The translations under genes were made by a program, and so were the position numbers. A DNA stretch of 64,000 nt from an uncultured Pelagibacteraceae bacterium. Its GTDB lineage: Bacteria > Pseudomonadota > Alphaproteobacteria > Pelagibacterales > AG-422-B15. Shown here in pieces: positions 9,939 to 20,009 of this stretch. A model generated the notes under the pieces. It was not told where the DNA came from. It worked only from the letters and a program-made list of their open reading frames with translations, and searched no databases. The DNA lies in contig CACMLX010000005.1 of NCBI GenBank assembly GCA_902614655.1, positions 2,643 through 66,642 on the forward strand, in the 5' to 3' direction. Every line of letters begins with the position of its first letter. The stretch's first letter is position 1.

Positions 9939-10049
9939 ATGGATATATCAGAGCAAAAAAAAACATATAGTTTCTTCGGCAAACTCATTTTATGGGGGTC
10001 TGTTGGTGTTGTTGTTTTATTGGTTTTGATGGCAATTTTTTTAATCTAA
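9939..10049 (+). CDS. 36-aa single-TM protein resembling the aa3-type cytochrome c oxidase subunit IV family, found upstream of pntA
   Basis: Not in the ORF track. Product MDISEQKKTYSFFGKLILWGSVGVVVLLVLMAIFLI fits the MDI..Q..T(F/Y)..F.K...W + TM pattern of that small-protein family. Confidence 0.6.
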   Translation: MDISEQKKTYSFFGKLILWGSVGVVVLLVLMAIFLI

Positions 10050-10060
10050 ATTTTAAATTT

Positions 10061-11182
10061 ATGCGCGCTTATATTTTAAAAGAAAGTGAGTCAGAATTAC
10101 GTGTGTCGGCTTCCCCTGATAGTGTAAAAAAGATGGTTGAGTTGGGTATTTCTGTAAATATACAAACCACTGCGGGTCAAAATTCAAATTTTTCTGACGA
10201 AAGATATAAGGCAAACGGGGCCGAGATTTTTAATAATACTTCTGAAATTTCAAACGCTGATATCATAATAAAAGTCAACAAACCAACCGACGATGAAATC
10301 GCATCAATGAAAGAAGGCTCTTTATTCATCGGTTCTTTGGATCCTTATAATAGTAGGGAGACGCTAGATAAACTAAGGGATAAGGGCGTAACATCGTTTG
10401 CAATGGAATTAATGCCAAGAATAACAAGAGCTCAATCTATGGATATTCTCTCTTCACAATCTAACTTAGCTGGTTACAAGGCTGTGATAGACGCGACCTA
10501 TTTATTTAATAAAGCAATGCCAATGATGATGACGGCTGCTGGCACAATCGCACCTGCAAAAGTTATGGTATTTGGCGCTGGTGTTGCTGGATTACAAGCT
10601 ATTGCTACTGCAAAAAGACTTGGAGCAATCGTTTCTGCAACTGACGTAAGAATGGCAGCAAAAGAACAAGTCGAGAGTTTAGGTGGTAAATTTGTTATGG
10701 TTGAGGATGATGAGACCCAGGATGCAGAAACATCCGGGGGTTATGCAAAAGAAATGAGTGATGAATTCAAAGCTAAGCAGGCAAAGCTTATTTCAGATAC
10801 CCTTGCAACTCAAGATATTGCAATATGTACAGCACTTATTCCTGGGAAGAAAGCTCCAATACTTATTTCAGAGGAACAGGTTAGATCAATGAAACCCGGA
10901 TCAATAATAATTGATCTTGCAGCCGAAAGCGGTGGGAATTGCGAGTGCTCTGTAGCTGGTGAGACTAAGGAGGTTGGAGGCGTGCATGTAGTTGGTTCAA
11001 AAGATATAACTTCAACAATTTCTGAAGATGCTTCAGCACTATTTTCAAAAAATATACTTAATTTTTTAACACTATTAATCGACAGCGAGTCCAAGTCGAT
11101 AAGTATTGATTGGGATGATGAGATTATTCAAGGTATACTTGTAACAAAAAATAATGAAATTGTTCATAAGGAGCTTAGCTAA
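10061..11182 (+). CDS. pntAA: NAD(P) transhydrogenase subunit alpha part 1 (dI)
   Basis: Alanine-dehydrogenase/PNT fold with Rossmann VMVFGAGVAGLQAIATAKRLGA. I start it at ATG 10061 (MRAYILKE...). The listed 9992 start adds a Cys-rich artefact that overlaps the small ORF above. Confidence 0.9.
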   Translation: MRAYILKESESELRVSASPDSVKKMVELGISVNIQTTAGQNSNFSDERYKANGAEIFNNTSEISNADIIIKVNKPTDDEIASMKEGSLFIGSLDPYNSRETLDKLRDKGVTSFAMELMPRITRAQSMDILSSQSNLAGYKAVIDATYLFNKAMPMMMTAAGTIAPAKVMVFGAGVAGLQAIATAKRLGAIVSATDVRMAAKEQVESLGGKFVMVEDDETQDAETSGGYAKEMSDEFKAKQAKLISDTLATQDIAICTALIPGKKAPILISEEQVRSMKPGSIIIDLAAESGGNCECSVAGETKEVGGVHVVGSKDITSTISEDASALFSKNILNFLTLLIDSESKSISIDWDDEIIQGILVTKNNEIVHKELS

Positions 11183-11505
11183 TGGAAGCAATTGATCCAA
11201 ATATATTTAGACTAACCATTTTTGTGCTATCAATTTTTGTAGGCTACTATGTTGTTTGGAGTGTGACACCTGCCTTACATACTCCTTTAATGGCTGTTAC
11301 TAATGCGATTTCATCAGTAATAATTGTTGGCGGGTTATTTGCTCTTGTCTCAAGCACTGATCAGACATTTCTGGGAGTTTTATCTAAAAGTTTTGGATTT
11401 ATAGCGGTTTTGCTAGCTGCGGTAAATATATTTGGTGGATTCTTAGTAACACAAAGAATGTTAGCAATGTATAAAAAGAAACCGAAAAATCAGGATAAAA
11501 AATAA
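11182..11505 (+). CDS. pntAB: NAD(P) transhydrogenase subunit alpha part 2 (membrane dII fragment)
   Basis: 107-aa protein with several TM helices. TAATG overlaps with both pntAA and pntB. Confidence 0.85.
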   Translation: MEAIDPNIFRLTIFVLSIFVGYYVVWSVTPALHTPLMAVTNAISSVIIVGGLFALVSSTDQTFLGVLSKSFGFIAVLLAAVNIFGGFLVTQRMLAMYKKKPKNQDKK

Positions 11506-12902
11506 TGCACAATCTTGTAGCAGTTGCTTACGTTATATCAGGAATATTCTTTATCATTGCTTTAAGAGGCCTATCTTCACCAGAAAGTTCTCGAAGAGGG
11601 AATATTTTTGGTATGCTTGGTATGCTCATTGCTGTGCTCGCCACATTATTCTCTGTTAATTTTTTTACATCCAATATTCAAACTATAGGATTAGTACTAA
11701 TTGCAATAGTTATTGGTGGATTAATTGGTTCAGTGATTGCTAGGAAAATTGCAATGACTGCGATGCCGCAACTCGTTGCTGCTTTTCATAGCTTAGTAGG
11801 ACTTGCAGCAGTATTCGTTGCATTAGCTGCGTTCTATGCACCCGAAGCTTTTAACATTGGGACTGTTGGAAAAATTAAAACTTTAAGTTTAGTAGAAATG
11901 TCTCTTGGTGCTGTGATTGGCGCTATTACTTTTTCTGGCTCAGTAATTGCATTTGGTAAATTGCAAGGCATCATGTCAGGCTCACCAATTGTATTTAAGG
12001 GTCAGCACCTTGTAAATTTATTAATAGGTTTGATTATCATCGCAGGTATTGTTTATTTTTGTTTTAATCAGGATCAAAATATTTATTTAGCAATTATCGC
12101 TCTCTCATTTCTGATTGGATTTTTAATTATTATTCCTATTGGTGGCGCCGATATGCCTGTTGTTGTATCAATGTTAAACTCTTATTCTGGATGGGCTGCA
12201 GCTGGAATTGGTTTTACTCTTGGAAACACTGCACTGATCATCACAGGAGCTTTAGTTGGGTCATCTGGAGCAATTTTATCATATATAATGTGCGCTGCTA
12301 TGAACAGATCGTTCATCAGTGTTATTCTAGGTGGGTTTGGAGCAGAAGATGCTGCAGTTTCTAAAGATGTGGAGCAAAGACCTGTCAAAGAAGGTAGCGC
12401 TGATGATGCTGCATTTATTATGAAGAATGCTGGCTCAGTTATTATTGTTCCTGGATATGGAATGGCGGTAGCACAAGCTCAGCATGCACTTAAAGAAATG
12501 ACAGATGCGCTAAAATCAAATGGTGTGAAGGTTACGTTTGCAATACATCCCGTTGCAGGAAGAATGCCTGGACACATGAATGTATTGTTAGCTGAAGCAA
12601 ATGTTCCTTATGACGAGGTTTTTGAACTTGAAGATATTAATTCTGAATTTTCCCAAGCTGATGTCGCTTTTGTTATTGGTGCGAATGATGTAACAAATCC
12701 CATAGCAAAAACTGATCCTGCTTCACCGATTTATGGAATGCCTATTCTTGATGTCGAAAAAGCCAGTACAGTTCTTTTTGTCAAAAGAGGACGAGGTCTC
12801 GGCTATGCAGGTATTGATAATGAATTATTCTATCGCGACAATACTATGATGCTATTTTCGGATGCAAAAAAAATGGTTGAAGGTATTGTTAAAGCTTTAT
12901 AA
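11505..12902 (+). CDS. pntB: NAD(P) transhydrogenase subunit beta
   Basis: N-terminal polytopic membrane domain plus C-terminal dIII NADP(H) domain ([39 protein letters not shown]). Confidence 0.95.
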   Translation: MHNLVAVAYVISGIFFIIALRGLSSPESSRRGNIFGMLGMLIAVLATLFSVNFFTSNIQTIGLVLIAIVIGGLIGSVIARKIAMTAMPQLVAAFHSLVGLAAVFVALAAFYAPEAFNIGTVGKIKTLSLVEMSLGAVIGAITFSGSVIAFGKLQGIMSGSPIVFKGQHLVNLLIGLIIIAGIVYFCFNQDQNIYLAIIALSFLIGFLIIIPIGGADMPVVVSMLNSYSGWAAAGIGFTLGNTALIITGALVGSSGAILSYIMCAAMNRSFISVILGGFGAEDAAVSKDVEQRPVKEGSADDAAFIMKNAGSVIIVPGYGMAVAQAQHALKEMTDALKSNGVKVTFAIHPVAGRMPGHMNVLLAEANVPYDEVFELEDINSEFSQADVAFVIGANDVTNPIAKTDPASPIYGMPILDVEKASTVLFVKRGRGLGYAGIDNELFYRDNTMMLFSDAKKMVEGIVKAL

Positions 12903-12906
12903 GGAT

Positions 12907-13104
12907 TTAGCTATAAATTTTTCTTCTAGCCATTTTACGTGAGCGACGAATGTTTTCAGCTTTCTCTCTTAATTTTTTTTGACTAGGTTTTTCAAAGTAA
13001 GTTCTCATCTTCATTTCTTTAAAAATGCCTTCTCTTTGCATCTTTTTTTTAAGAATACGAAGGGCTCCTTCCACATTATTATCTTTTACACTTACTTCGA
13101 CTAT
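12907..13104 (-). CDS. rpsU: 30S ribosomal protein S21, apparently initiated at ATA
   Basis: Not in the ORF track. The minus-strand frame gives (I/M)[64 protein letters not shown], a clear S21. An in-frame TAA lies 9 codons upstream, and a strong SD AAGGAGG (13112-13119) sits 8 nt before ATA (13102-13104). Confidence 0.8.
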   Translation of the reverse strand: MVEVSVKDNNVEGALRILKKKMQREGIFKEMKMRTYFEKPSQKKLREKAENIRRSRKMARRKIYS

Positions 13105-13192
13105 TGTTCTGCCCTCCTTAAGAGCAAGTTAAAATTTGAGGGTTTTTAGCACTTGGATACACGCTTGTCCACATAAAAGAAAAAGATTTAAT

Positions 13193-14269
13193 CTACATTA
13201 CAAAATTAATATGGCCCATTTTACGGCCTTGTTTAATTGCTTTTTTACCATAGTCGTATGCCTTCTTTTTTTTATAAACCTTATAACTTTTCAATTTACT
13301 TATTTGTTTGGTTCTTTTGATCTCATTGCCAATAAGATTTCTCATAAGACCTTTTTTAATAATTTTTGGGGTTTTAATTTTATCTTTTGTGATTGCTTTA
13401 ATATGCAACTCGAATTGATTCACATTCGCATTATCAAGTGTTATATGGCCTGAATTGTGAACTCTTGGTGCAATTTCGTTCACATAGATATTATTTTCAT
13501 CATCTAAAAAGAATTCTATTGTGAGTAAGCCAATATAATTAAGCTTATTTAAAATCTTTTTTGATATTCTTATTAGCTGTTTATTTATTTTTTCATCTAT
13601 TTGTGATGGAGATATTGTTTCAAACAATATATGGTTTTTGTGAATATTCTCAAATGGTGGATAAAAACATATATTTTTTTTTATGTTTCTTGAGCAAATG
13701 ACAGATAGTTCTCTATCAAACTTTATTACCTTCTCAATTACGCACGATTGATAATCAAGCTTTTTCCATTTATTTTTTAAGTCAGAAAAATTTTTTACTT
13801 TGTATTGACCTTTTCCGTCATAACCAAATCTACAGGTTTTTAATATAACTGGAAAATTAATTTTATCTTTAAACTTATTTAAATTTGTTTTCTTATTAAT
13901 AAAAAAAAGTCCAGCATGTTTAATTTTATTCTGTGAAAAAAATAATTTTTCTTTTTTTCTATCTTGACTTATTTCTAAAGCCGCAATCGGTGGGTATATT
14001 TTTATTTGTTTATTGATTTGTTTTAATGTTTTTATAGCAACATTTTCAAATTCATAAGTTAGCAAATCAACATTTTTTCTAAATTCATTTAACTTCTTAT
14101 GATCATTAAAAGAACCATAAATAATTTTATTAGCATATTTTTTTGCGGGAGCATCATCTGTATCAGAATAGATATGCGTAATAAGTCCAATTTTTTGACA
14201 AGCTTGAGCTAAAAACATGCCAAGTTGACCCCCACCGATTATGCCTACAGTGGAAACTTCAGCTTTCAT
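13193..14269 (-). CDS. purK: N5-carboxyaminoimidazole ribonucleotide synthase
   Basis: N-terminal IIGGGQLG, ATP-grasp body, 358 aa, immediately downstream of purE with a 1-nt overlap. Confidence 0.85.
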   Translation of the reverse strand: MKAEVSTVGIIGGGQLGMFLAQACQKIGLITHIYSDTDDAPAKKYANKIIYGSFNDHKKLNEFRKNVDLLTYEFENVAIKTLKQINKQIKIYPPIAALEISQDRKKEKLFFSQNKIKHAGLFFINKKTNLNKFKDKINFPVILKTCRFGYDGKGQYKVKNFSDLKNKWKKLDYQSCVIEKVIKFDRELSVICSRNIKKNICFYPPFENIHKNHILFETISPSQIDEKINKQLIRISKKILNKLNYIGLLTIEFFLDDENNIYVNEIAPRVHNSGHITLDNANVNQFELHIKAITKDKIKTPKIIKKGLMRNLIGNEIKRTKQISKLKSYKVYKKKKAYDYGKKAIKQGRKMGHINFVM

Positions 14270-14754
14270 TATTTAGGTATATTTTTTACTGACTTAGTTT
14301 GTTTTGATCTCCATGAAGCGTATTTCTTTTTCAGTTTTGTGTTATTGCTGCTTAAAATTGATACCGCAAGCAATGCAGCATTTTTTGCTCCAGCTTCTCC
14401 AACAGCAAGTGTTCCAACTGGCACGCCTGCTGGCATTTGAGCGATCGATAGTAAGCTATCTAAGCCTTTTAGTTTTTTTGATTCAATTGGAACACCTAGT
14501 ACAGGAATATTTGAAATAGAGGCTGTCATTCCAGGCAAATGAGCTGCTCCACCAGCGCCTGCAATTATTATTTCTATCCCTCTTTGTTCTGCTCTTTCAG
14601 CATATTCAAACATTCTTTTAGGCGTTCTATGGGCAGAAATAATTTTTACTTCGTGTTTTATATTAAACAATTTTAAAATTTTTGAAGCATGCTTCATTAT
14701 GGGCCAATCAGATTGACTGCCCATAATGATGCTTACCAGTGAAGGATTTTTCAT
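14269..14754 (-). CDS. purE: N5-carboxyaminoimidazole ribonucleotide mutase
   Basis: [15 protein letters not shown] and [10 protein letters not shown] motifs; 161 aa. Confidence 0.95.
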   Translation of the reverse strand: MKNPSLVSIIMGSQSDWPIMKHASKILKLFNIKHEVKIISAHRTPKRMFEYAERAEQRGIEIIIAGAGGAAHLPGMTASISNIPVLGVPIESKKLKGLDSLLSIAQMPAGVPVGTLAVGEAGAKNAALLAVSILSSNNTKLKKKYASWRSKQTKSVKNIPK

Positions 14755-14765
14755 TTTAATATTTA

Positions 14766-15407
14766 TTATCCATCGACAGCAGAAGTTTCTGACTCATTTA
14801 TGTCTGAAACTTTTTCATCTGCTTCTAACAGTCTCAATCTCTCTTCTTTTTCTTTTTTCTTTTGAGCTCTTTTCATTGATCTTTCAGCTTTAGCTAATGC
14901 CTCATCTAATTCAACTTGCCTACAAATTCCAAGTCCAATTGGATCTTGTGGACGGATATTTGCCATGTTCCAATGAGTTCTTTTTCTAATAGCATCAATT
15001 GTATTTTTTGTACTGCCAACTAGTCTTGCAACCTGTGAATCCCTTAGTTCGGGGTGATTTCTTATCAACCAATAAACTGCGTCTGGCCTATCCTGTCTTT
15101 TTGAAAGAGGAGTATATTTTTTTTTCTTTTTTGATTGCTCAGTCTTTTCAGAGATTTCATTTTCAATAATCTTCAGTGACTCATCTTCATTATCCGCACA
15201 TCTATCGATTTCATCTTTTGTTAATTGACCACTGGTTATAGGATTTAATCCTTTAATCCCCACACCAACTTCACCATCTGCTATACCTTTAATTTCTAAT
15301 TCATGCATCCCACAGAAATCACCTATCTGCCTGAATGACAAAGAGGTATTATCAACAAGCCATATTGCTGTGGCTTTTGGCATTAATGGTAATTTTGCTG
15401 TTTTCAT
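14766..15407 (-). CDS. DUF1013-family protein (conserved alphaproteobacterial)
   Basis: N-terminal [33 protein letters not shown] and a repeated HTH-like half ([20 protein letters not shown]); acidic/basic C-terminal tail. Confidence 0.7.
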   Translation of the reverse strand: MKTAKLPLMPKATAIWLVDNTSLSFRQIGDFCGMHELEIKGIADGEVGVGIKGLNPITSGQLTKDEIDRCADNEDESLKIIENEISEKTEQSKKKKKYTPLSKRQDRPDAVYWLIRNHPELRDSQVARLVGSTKNTIDAIRKRTHWNMANIRPQDPIGLGICRQVELDEALAKAERSMKRAQKKKEKEERLRLLEADEKVSDINESETSAVDG

Positions 15408-15461
15408 AATAATTATAGAGTGCCTCTTATAAGTTAATTTTAAAGTTTTTCAAAGGATATC

Positions 15462-16454
15462 CTAAAATTTAAGCAGTAATTTGCCAATATTCTTATTATT
15501 TTCCATGTATTGATGTGCTTTTTGAACACTCTCATAATCAAATTTTTGGTCAATATGCAATTTGATATTGCCATTTTCAATTAATGGCCAAATATGTTTC
15601 TTAAGATTATCAGCAATGAGTTTCTTTTCATCATTACTTCTTATTCTTAACGTTGAGCCAGAAACTGTTAATCGCTTTAACATAATTGGCAGTAAGTTTA
15701 CTTCTACCTTAGATCCCTTTAGGTATGCGATATTTATAAGCCTACCAAGCCTATTTAGGACATTAATGTTTTTTTGAAAATAATCCCCACCTACCATGTC
15801 TAGTATTACATCAACTCCTTTATATTCATTTTTAATTATGCTTTCAAAATCCTCAAGATTGTAATTAATTACTCTTTCTAAACCCAAATCCTTCAAATAC
15901 TTAAATTTTTCGTCTGATCCTACGGTTGCTATGCATTTAATTTGCATGGCTAATGCAATAGAAATAGCAGTCAAACCTATACCACTAGCACCACCATGAA
16001 TTAATAATGTCTCACCTTGTTTTAGCTTTGCTTGATCAAATAGATTTGTCCAAACTGTAAAAAATGTTTCAGGAATTGTGCAAGCATCAATAATTGAAAT
16101 GCCTTTAGGTATAGGAAGAATTGTTGATGTATGACATTTTACAAATTCTGCGTAACCTCCGCCAGGGACAAGTGCACAGACTTTTGTGTTGAGTAAATTT
16201 TTATTTACATCTTCACCAACATCAACAATTTCTCCTGAAACTTCTAAGCCCAAAATTTCTGATGCGCCGGGCGGTGGTGGGTAACCACCAGATCGTTGAA
16301 GAATGTCTGGTCGATTTATACCTGCCGCGTGAACTTGGATCAAAACTTCATGTTTTTCTATTTGAGGTACCTCAACATCATTGGTTACTACTAAAACCTC
16401 TGGTCCACCAAATTCTTTGTGTAATATTGCTTTCATTTTAATCTTAGGAGCCAC
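15462..16454 (-). CDS. NAD(P)H:quinone oxidoreductase (zeta-crystallin/PIG3-type MDR)
   Basis: AAGINRPDILQRSGGYPPPPGAS and cofactor loop IHGGASGIG; 330 aa. Confidence 0.8.
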   Translation of the reverse strand: MAPKIKMKAILHKEFGGPEVLVVTNDVEVPQIEKHEVLIQVHAAGINRPDILQRSGGYPPPPGASEILGLEVSGEIVDVGEDVNKNLLNTKVCALVPGGGYAEFVKCHTSTILPIPKGISIIDACTIPETFFTVWTNLFDQAKLKQGETLLIHGGASGIGLTAISIALAMQIKCIATVGSDEKFKYLKDLGLERVINYNLEDFESIIKNEYKGVDVILDMVGGDYFQKNINVLNRLGRLINIAYLKGSKVEVNLLPIMLKRLTVSGSTLRIRSNDEKKLIADNLKKHIWPLIENGNIKLHIDQKFDYESVQKAHQYMENNKNIGKLLLKF

Positions 16455-16479
16455 TATTTAAAGTGACTCCTAATTCTTT

Positions 16480-16908
16480 TTAGTTAATTTTTGAATTAAT
16501 TTCAATTTTTCTAGGTTTTTGATGTTCTGGTATTTCTCTTTCAAGAAAAATGTGAAGTAACCCATTTTCGTAATTTGCATCAGTAACTTTTATGGTATCA
16601 GCTAATCTAAATTTTCTCTCAAAATTTCTACCTGCTATACCTCTGTGCAAAAATTCGATTTCCTTATTAGAGTCATTAGTTGATCCCTTAATAACCAACT
16701 CATTTTCCTGTACAGATATATCTAAATCTGATTTTGAAAAACCAGCTACAGCTACTGTTATAGTGTAATTATTGCCTGATTTAACAATATTATATGGTGG
16801 ATAAGCTCCACTGGACTCATTTAAATTAAAAACCGAGTCAAAAATATTATCAAATGCATCGAAACCAACACTAGAGCGTAGTAATGGTGATAAGTCAAAT
16901 GTAGTCAT
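16480..16908 (-). CDS. Small heat-shock protein (Hsp20/alpha-crystallin family, IbpA-like)
   Basis: PPYNI...YTITVAVAGF, alpha-crystallin core and the GLLHIFLERE motif; 142 aa. Confidence 0.9.
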   Translation of the reverse strand: MTTFDLSPLLRSSVGFDAFDNIFDSVFNLNESSGAYPPYNIVKSGNNYTITVAVAGFSKSDLDISVQENELVIKGSTNDSNKEIEFLHRGIAGRNFERKFRLADTIKVTDANYENGLLHIFLEREIPEHQKPRKIEINSKIN

Positions 16909-17025
16909 AATTTAATCCTCCTTAAGCGATTAAAAATTTGCTTACTCTTTAAGAGCTAAGCTTTGTTTGCTGACGCAGAATGCCATCAGCACTTTATATG
17001 TTGTGACTAATGATTTATTTTCAAT
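16909..17025 (-). promoter_or_regulatory. hsp20 leader/promoter region; possible heat-shock promoter and SD-occluding RNA thermometer
   Basis: Minus strand: ATTGAAA (17019-17025) and CATATA (16995-17000) are weak sigma-32-like boxes. The leader hairpin GCTTAGCTCTTAAAGAGTAAGC (16940-16961) contains CTCTTAA, which can pair with the SD region TTAAGGAG leaving a bulged G. Hand-folded only. Confidence 0.25.
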
Positions 17026-17039
17026 ACTAGAAATTTGAA

Positions 17040-17258
17040 TTATGTCTTGAGGTTACTGAACCTTTTTTTGAAACGACTAACTTGGCCTTTATCCTGAATT
17101 TTTTGCTGCCCACCAGTCCAAGCTGGGTGGGAAAGGGGATCAATATCTAGAGACATTGTGTCACCTTCTTTTCCCCATGTAGACATAGTCTCAAATTTTG
17201 TGCCGTCTGTCATCACGACTGTAATTTTATGGTAATCAGGATGTTTATCTTTTTTCAT
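17040..17258 (-). CDS. rpmE: 50S ribosomal protein L31
   Basis: [10 protein letters not shown]...[12 protein letters not shown]...RFKKRF; 72 aa. Confidence 0.95.
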   Translation of the reverse strand: MKKDKHPDYHKITVVMTDGTKFETMSTWGKEGDTMSLDIDPLSHPAWTGGQQKIQDKGQVSRFKKRFSNLKT

Positions 17259-17315
17259 ATATGTTCTATTTTTTGTGAGTAGATATCCTATATAATATTA
17301 TTGATCAACAGTTAA

Positions 17316-17630
17316 TTGTTAAATTTTATGAATATAATTTCAATAATGATGAGACGGCTTAATATTCATAGTTTCTCTCAATTTATCGTAATCATGATTA
17401 TTTTTGCTATCACAGGGTCATTGTCGCTTTATATCACTGTCGAATTATTTCAATTTATAGGTCTTCAGGAAGAGAATTTAAATCCAATAATTTTTTGGCC
17501 GCTTAGAATAATATTACTTTTTGTAATCTATCAAATATTACTGCTACTTGTTGCACTGCCATTTGGACAATTTCAATATTTTTGGTCATTTGAAAAAAAA
17601 TTTTTAAGTAGATTTGGACTTAAATTATAA
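17316..17630 (+). CDS. Hypothetical small integral membrane protein
   Basis: About 100 aa with 2-3 predicted TM helices and no recognisable motif. Start is TTG 17316 or ATG 17328. Confidence 0.4.
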   Translation: MLNFMNIISIMMRRLNIHSFSQFIVIMIIFAITGSLSLYITVELFQFIGLQEENLNPIIFWPLRIILLFVIYQILLLLVALPFGQFQYFWSFEKKFLSRFGLKL

Positions 17631-18413
17631 TTCAATTATTTTTTTAAGCTTTTCATGTATTCTAAAATTAGATGCTAATATTCTTCCACTTTTGAGATAG
17701 TCCTCTTTTCCATCAAAATCAGTTACTTTTCCTCCAGCCTCTTTTACAATTAATGAGCCAGCTGCAATATCAACCAATTTTAAATTTTTTTCCCAATATC
17801 CGTCAAATTTTCCTGCGGCCACATAAGCTAAGTCGAGTGACGCTGCGCCAAATCGTCTAATGCCGCATACTTTTTCCATAACTTGCTTTAACCCTGGAAC
17901 ATACTCTTCATGACCTTTCATACCTTTATGAGGAATGCCTGTACCAATCATACAGTCTTCAAGGTTTTCTTTTGAGGACACTCTTAGTCTCAGATTATTA
18001 CAGTAGGCGCCCCTTCCTTTAACTGCCCAAAAGAATTCATCAGTAAGCGGTTGATATACACCTCCAACTGTTACCTCGTTATTCTTTTCAAGCGCAATTG
18101 ATATAGCAAAGTGTGGAATACTAAAAACAAAGTTGCTTGTGCCATCAAGAGGATCAATAATCCATCTAATATTTTCATCAGAATTTTTTATAACACCTGT
18201 TTCTTCGGCAATAATATTTATTTTAGGATATGAATAAGTTAGTTCTTTAATCAACATTTTTTCAGCTTTTGTATCTGCTAATGATACAAAATCAGAAACA
18301 CCCTTTAGAGACACTTGAAGCTTTTCAACTTCTCCAAAATCCCGAATAAGGCTTTTACTAGTTTTTCTACAGGCTAAAAAAATCGCATTGATATAAGGGT
18401 CTGAGTAGCTCAT
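17625..18413 (-). CDS. suhB: Inositol monophosphatase (SuhB-type)
   Basis: IIAEE, WIIDPLDGTSNF and WDIAAGSLIVKEAGG motifs; 262 aa. Confidence 0.85.
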   Translation of the reverse strand: MSYSDPYINAIFLACRKTSKSLIRDFGEVEKLQVSLKGVSDFVSLADTKAEKMLIKELTYSYPKINIIAEETGVIKNSDENIRWIIDPLDGTSNFVFSIPHFAISIALEKNNEVTVGGVYQPLTDEFFWAVKGRGAYCNNLRLRVSSKENLEDCMIGTGIPHKGMKGHEEYVPGLKQVMEKVCGIRRFGAASLDLAYVAAGKFDGYWEKNLKLVDIAAGSLIVKEAGGKVTDFDGKEDYLKSGRILASNFRIHEKLKKIIEL

Positions 18414-18976
18414 TAGTCTACTCTTTTTGAATATGATAGGTCCTCTGTATTAATTTCTATCTTTTCACCCTGTTCTATAAAAGGTGGAACCATTACTCTA
18501 ATACCATTTTCAAGAATGGCAGGCTTGTTCGATGAAGCGGCTGTTTGTCCTTTAACAACAGCCTCTGTTTCATTGACAATAAAAGACAAGGTTTTAGGAA
18601 GTTGAATTCCTATTGGCTTTTCATTATACATTTCTAGGATGACCTCATCATTTTCACTCATTAAAGCTAGCTTTTCTCCAACTATTTCCTCATCAATTTC
18701 AATTTGTTCATATGAAGTACTGTTCATAAAGAAAAGTTTGTTATCTTGCTTGTACAGATACTGATATTTTTCTTCATCTACTCTAACCCTCTCTACTTCT
18801 TCTGATGCTCTGAAACGTTCATTTAATTTCGTACTAGTTTTAATATTTTTCATCTCAACTTGATTAAATGCACCACCTTTACCAGGTTTTACAGACTGAG
18901 ATTTATTCACAACCCACAATTCTCCCTTGTGTTCAACTATCATTCCTGGTTTAACAGCGTTTCCATTAATTTTCAT
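18413..18976 (-). CDS. efp: Elongation factor P
   Basis: GMIVEHKGELW...VKPGKGGAF loop; three-domain length of 187 aa. Confidence 0.95.
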   Translation of the reverse strand: MKINGNAVKPGMIVEHKGELWVVNKSQSVKPGKGGAFNQVEMKNIKTSTKLNERFRASEEVERVRVDEEKYQYLYKQDNKLFFMNSTSYEQIEIDEEIVGEKLALMSENDEVILEMYNEKPIGIQLPKTLSFIVNETEAVVKGQTAASSNKPAILENGIRVMVPPFIEQGEKIEINTEDLSYSKRVD

Positions 18977-18982
18977 TTTTTC

Positions 18983-19996
18983 TTAACCTTCGAGAGATTT
19001 ATCCCACTGACCTTGTGCGGCCTTCATATTCATTACAGCTCTATGGCTAAAAGCTTTTTGAGCCGCTTCAAGATTGTCATCTTTGCCAGCCCAAGTTTTG
19101 AGAGCCGCTTGTTGTAAAGCCCTTCCATAAGAAAAACTTAGCTTCCATTTGAAGCCACCTATTTTATTCATTGCATCGAGATGAGCTGTTGCATCTAGGT
19201 CTGACTGACCACCAGATAAAAAAACAATTCCAGGTAATTCATCTGGAACAGATGATTTGAGACATTGAAGTGTTTTTTCTGCAACTTCTTCAATGGGGGC
19301 TTGGTAGTTATTTTCTGTTCCTGATACAACCATATTTGGTTTAAGAAGAGTTCCTTTAATATTGACATTTTTTTTATCAAGCATTTCAAATAAAACTAAT
19401 AGTGTTTGATTAGTAACCTCATGACACCTTTCCACAGAGTGGGACCCATCCATAATAACCTCAGGCTCAACAATCGGTACCATATTGCTTTGTTGAGCAA
19501 TGAGTGCATATTCAGCTAATGCATTCATATTTTCGCTTATACAATTGTTTGATGGTATTTCATCACTTACATTTATAACGGCTCTCCATTTTGTAAATTT
19601 CGCTCCAAGCTTATCGTACTCTTGACAGCGTTCATGAAGTCCGTCTAATCCTGTAGTAATTTTTTCATCACTACCACCTTCAAATTCTTTTACTCCTTGA
19701 TCAACTTTAATTCCAGGCAGTGAGCCGTGATCAAGTATAACATTTCTTAAATAGTCTCCATCACCAGACTTTTGTCTGAGAGTTTCGTCGAAAAGTATCA
19801 CTCCGCCAATTGCCTCTGCCATAGCCGGAGATCTAAATAACATTTCTCTATACTTTCTTCTATTGTCTTCGGTAGACTCAACATTAATTGATTTGAATCG
19901 TTTCTCAATGGTTCCTGAACTTTCATCGGCTGCCAGAATTCCTTTGCCATCACTAACAATGTAATTTGCTATCTCTTCTAAGGTCTTTGGTATCAT
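18983..19996 (-). CDS. fba: Fructose-bisphosphate aldolase, class I
   Basis: GILAADES, LLKPNMV (Schiff-base Lys region), VFLSGGQS and SFSYGRALQ; 337 aa. Confidence 0.9.
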   Translation of the reverse strand: MIPKTLEEIANYIVSDGKGILAADESSGTIEKRFKSINVESTEDNRRKYREMLFRSPAMAEAIGGVILFDETLRQKSGDGDYLRNVILDHGSLPGIKVDQGVKEFEGGSDEKITTGLDGLHERCQEYDKLGAKFTKWRAVINVSDEIPSNNCISENMNALAEYALIAQQSNMVPIVEPEVIMDGSHSVERCHEVTNQTLLVLFEMLDKKNVNIKGTLLKPNMVVSGTENNYQAPIEEVAEKTLQCLKSSVPDELPGIVFLSGGQSDLDATAHLDAMNKIGGFKWKLSFSYGRALQQAALKTWAGKDDNLEAAQKAFSHRAVMNMKAAQGQWDKSLEG

Positions 19997-20009
19997 TTTC
20001 TTCTCCTTT

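Noticed and set aside
9992-10060. Cys-rich N-terminal extension (MGVCWCCCFIGFDG…) on the listed pntA ORF
   Set aside because: It overlaps, in another frame, the well-formed 36-aa COX-IV-like ORF. Homologous PntAA proteins begin like MRAYILKE…, so ATG 10061 was used.
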